A DNA stretch of 63,757 bases, filler included. It is 8 parts of 8 records of this genome, joined end to end, with 100 filler letters (N's around TTAATTAATTAA, not from the genome) between each part and the next. Parts side by side here need not be neighbours in the genome. Positions count along the whole stretch, not along the records: positions 60,533 to 63,757 come from SRR20825010_2193; 7 more parts are not named here. The stretch is one strand, 5' to 3'. Position 1 is the stretch's first letter; every line of letters begins with the position of its first letter. Below the pieces are notes generated by a model. It was not told the origin of the DNA. It saw nothing but the letters and a program-made list of their open reading frames with translations, and did no database searches. Positions 62,295 to 63,757 of the stretch are shown one piece after another. The position numbers and the translations under genes were made by a program.

Positions 62295-63131
62295 TCAGTT
62301 ATCTGTCTGGTTGCGCATTTTTTCGGCTTCGGCATAGAACTTCTTTTCCCACTTGTTGTGGTTATCAAGCCCTTCCTTGATGAAAGGCGTGAAAATCGCA
62401 AGGTTCATCAGGCACCAGTTCACCAGCCGGGCGGGAAATTTCATCGGTTTGACGAAATCGACAAACAGGACAACCCGCGTCTGATCCGTATGGTTCCATG
62501 CTTCATGTTCATAGGAATCATCAAAAATCAGCACTTTGCCCTCTTCCCAGTGGCATGTCCGGTTGCCCACCCGAATGCCAAGCTTATCTGGTTGATCCGG
62601 AACGATCAGGCCAAGATGCATCCGCAACACACCGTTATAGGGGCCGCGATGCGGCGGCAGGTGTTTTCCCGGTTCGAATATTGAAAACATTACCGTCGTC
62701 AGACCGGGGATCTTGTTCATGATCCGCCAGGTTTCGGGGCAAGCCCGGATGTTTTGCGCGGACTTCAAACCAAACCCCAACAGGAAGAAGGTTTTCCAAT
62801 CCGCATCGCTGGAGATTTCTTTGACATCTGTCGAAATGTCATGGAACGACGGCAACTCATCCTTGCGCCGAAGAATTTGGTCAAGCTCCTCGCGGATGGC
62901 AGGCCATTCTTTTTCGATTTCCGCAGCCCAGGGAAAGGTTGCATTGTCATAAACTGCCGGATTGCCGAACTTTGCATATTTCCGGTTCAACCGTTCTGCG
63001 CGGGAAACAATCCCCATGAAAAACCGGGTGATGCGACTGGGACGATCCATCGGACGGATACCGTCCGTCCCGAAACGATGTTCGGGCTCCTGACCAGCAG
63101 CACGCGGGATGCTCGTGTCGTAATTATGCAA
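62295..63131 (-). CDS. Aspartyl/asparaginyl beta-hydroxylase family 2OG-Fe(II) oxygenase
   Basis: CPET, MFS, PPHRGPY, HLGLIVP, FDDSYEHEAWN, RVVLFVD; TTG start after AGAGGG (alternative ATG 63050). Confidence 0.88.
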   Translation of the reverse strand: MHNYDTSIPRAAGQEPEHRFGTDGIRPMDRPSRITRFFMGIVSRAERLNRKYAKFGNPAVYDNATFPWAAEIEKEWPAIREELDQILRRKDELPSFHDISTDVKEISSDADWKTFFLLGFGLKSAQNIRACPETWRIMNKIPGLTTVMFSIFEPGKHLPPHRGPYNGVLRMHLGLIVPDQPDKLGIRVGNRTCHWEEGKVLIFDDSYEHEAWNHTDQTRVVLFVDFVKPMKFPARLVNWCLMNLAIFTPFIKEGLDNHNKWEKKFYAEAEKMRNQTDN

Positions 63132-63574
63132 TTTTGCCCTCTTTGTTATACAACAGACTAAACATTCGAAGGAATTGCCGGAAATGACAGACAATCATGG
63201 CAATATATTGCCATCCTGATTGTCGGCAAAGCTCTTACCCGGGACAAAACGTGTTCGCACCCTTCCGGTTCCAGAAATCGGCGCAGAATCGGAATGCTTT
63301 TTATCCATTCCGCCCCCTTGTTCGGCGCTCCGCCACGCCGTGTCTCTCCCGAAACCGGCAAAATGACATCTGAAAAAATTCTAATCTGTCCATGAAGACA
63401 AAGCGTTGGTTTTGCGACTTTGTCTCATGTCAATAATCAGACTTTTTCAGCTTGTATTTCTCCCGGACATACTCTTGTAATCAAAAATAGAATTAGCACA
63501 TGCTACTAAACTGCATGAGTGTGTTCACGTTGTAATACTCCCCGAATAGTTATGGCTTCAAGGGTCGCCTCATC

Positions 63575-63757
63575 ATGTTCAGAAATTTTCGCATCACTCA
63601 TCGCCTGGCCGGACTGGCGACCATACTTCTGGCGTTCAGTTGCCTGATCGGATCGGTCGGGATTTACAAGATGACGGTGATAGGCAACGAACTTGAACAG
63701 GTTGCCGCCCGCGATCTACCCCTGACCCTGATGCTTGAAAAAATCACGCAGCATCAG
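63575..63757 (+). CDS. Probable MCP N-terminus (TM plus four-helix sensor), truncated by window end
   Basis: MFRNFRITHRLAG-TM-KMTVIGNELEQVAARDLP. Confidence 0.65.
   Translation, partial: MFRNFRITHRLAGLATILLAFSCLIGSVGIYKMTVIGNELEQVAARDLPLTLMLEKITQHQ

Noticed and set aside
53133-63361. Many overlapping alternative-frame ORFs in the GC-rich contigs (e.g. 53582-54187, 59917-60480, 60544-61275)
   Set aside because: They overlap well-supported genes and lack motifs; expected from stop-codon scarcity at higher GC.

Overview
The window is not one locus. It is eight unrelated contigs joined by seven artificial 100-nt linkers (N-run, TTAATTAATTAA, N-run), probably from an aquatic or marine metagenome; taxon guesses come from gene style only. 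(1) 1-16672: a Flavobacteriaceae-like polysaccharide utilisation locus with AgaS, a tagatose-6-P kinase, SusC/SusD, an arylsulfotransferase, DUF6067-, DUF5107- and DUF3472-like proteins and nudK. (2) 16773-26188: a 9.4-kb contig with no credible gene and strongly purine/pyrimidine-alternating sequence. It carries at least 37 exact copies of GGAAAGGTG in both orientations, most with a T-rich tract about 25-50 nt upstream, separated by unique sequence and bounded at both ends by GGGAAATTTCCC-type repeats. This is the main unexplained signal. (3) 26289-35361: a Cyclobacteriaceae-like region with decayed mercury-transport remnants, an integrase next to tmRNA, and dnaX split at an A10 slippery run. 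(4) 35462-38525: a P4-type integrase followed by a Type ISP-like restriction-modification enzyme. (5) 38626-42239: planctomycete-like genes. (6) 42340-52951: Flavobacteriaceae housekeeping genes (ahpC, trx, tpx, ftsK, lolA, lptF/G, ribB, kdnA-like, partial tRNA-Ser). (7) 53052-60432: an alphaproteobacterial CoA-ligase/thiolase/HAAT-ABC cluster. (8) 60533-63757: alphaproteobacterial MCP, LysR and Asp/Asn hydroxylase genes. All motif counts and coordinates were read by eye.
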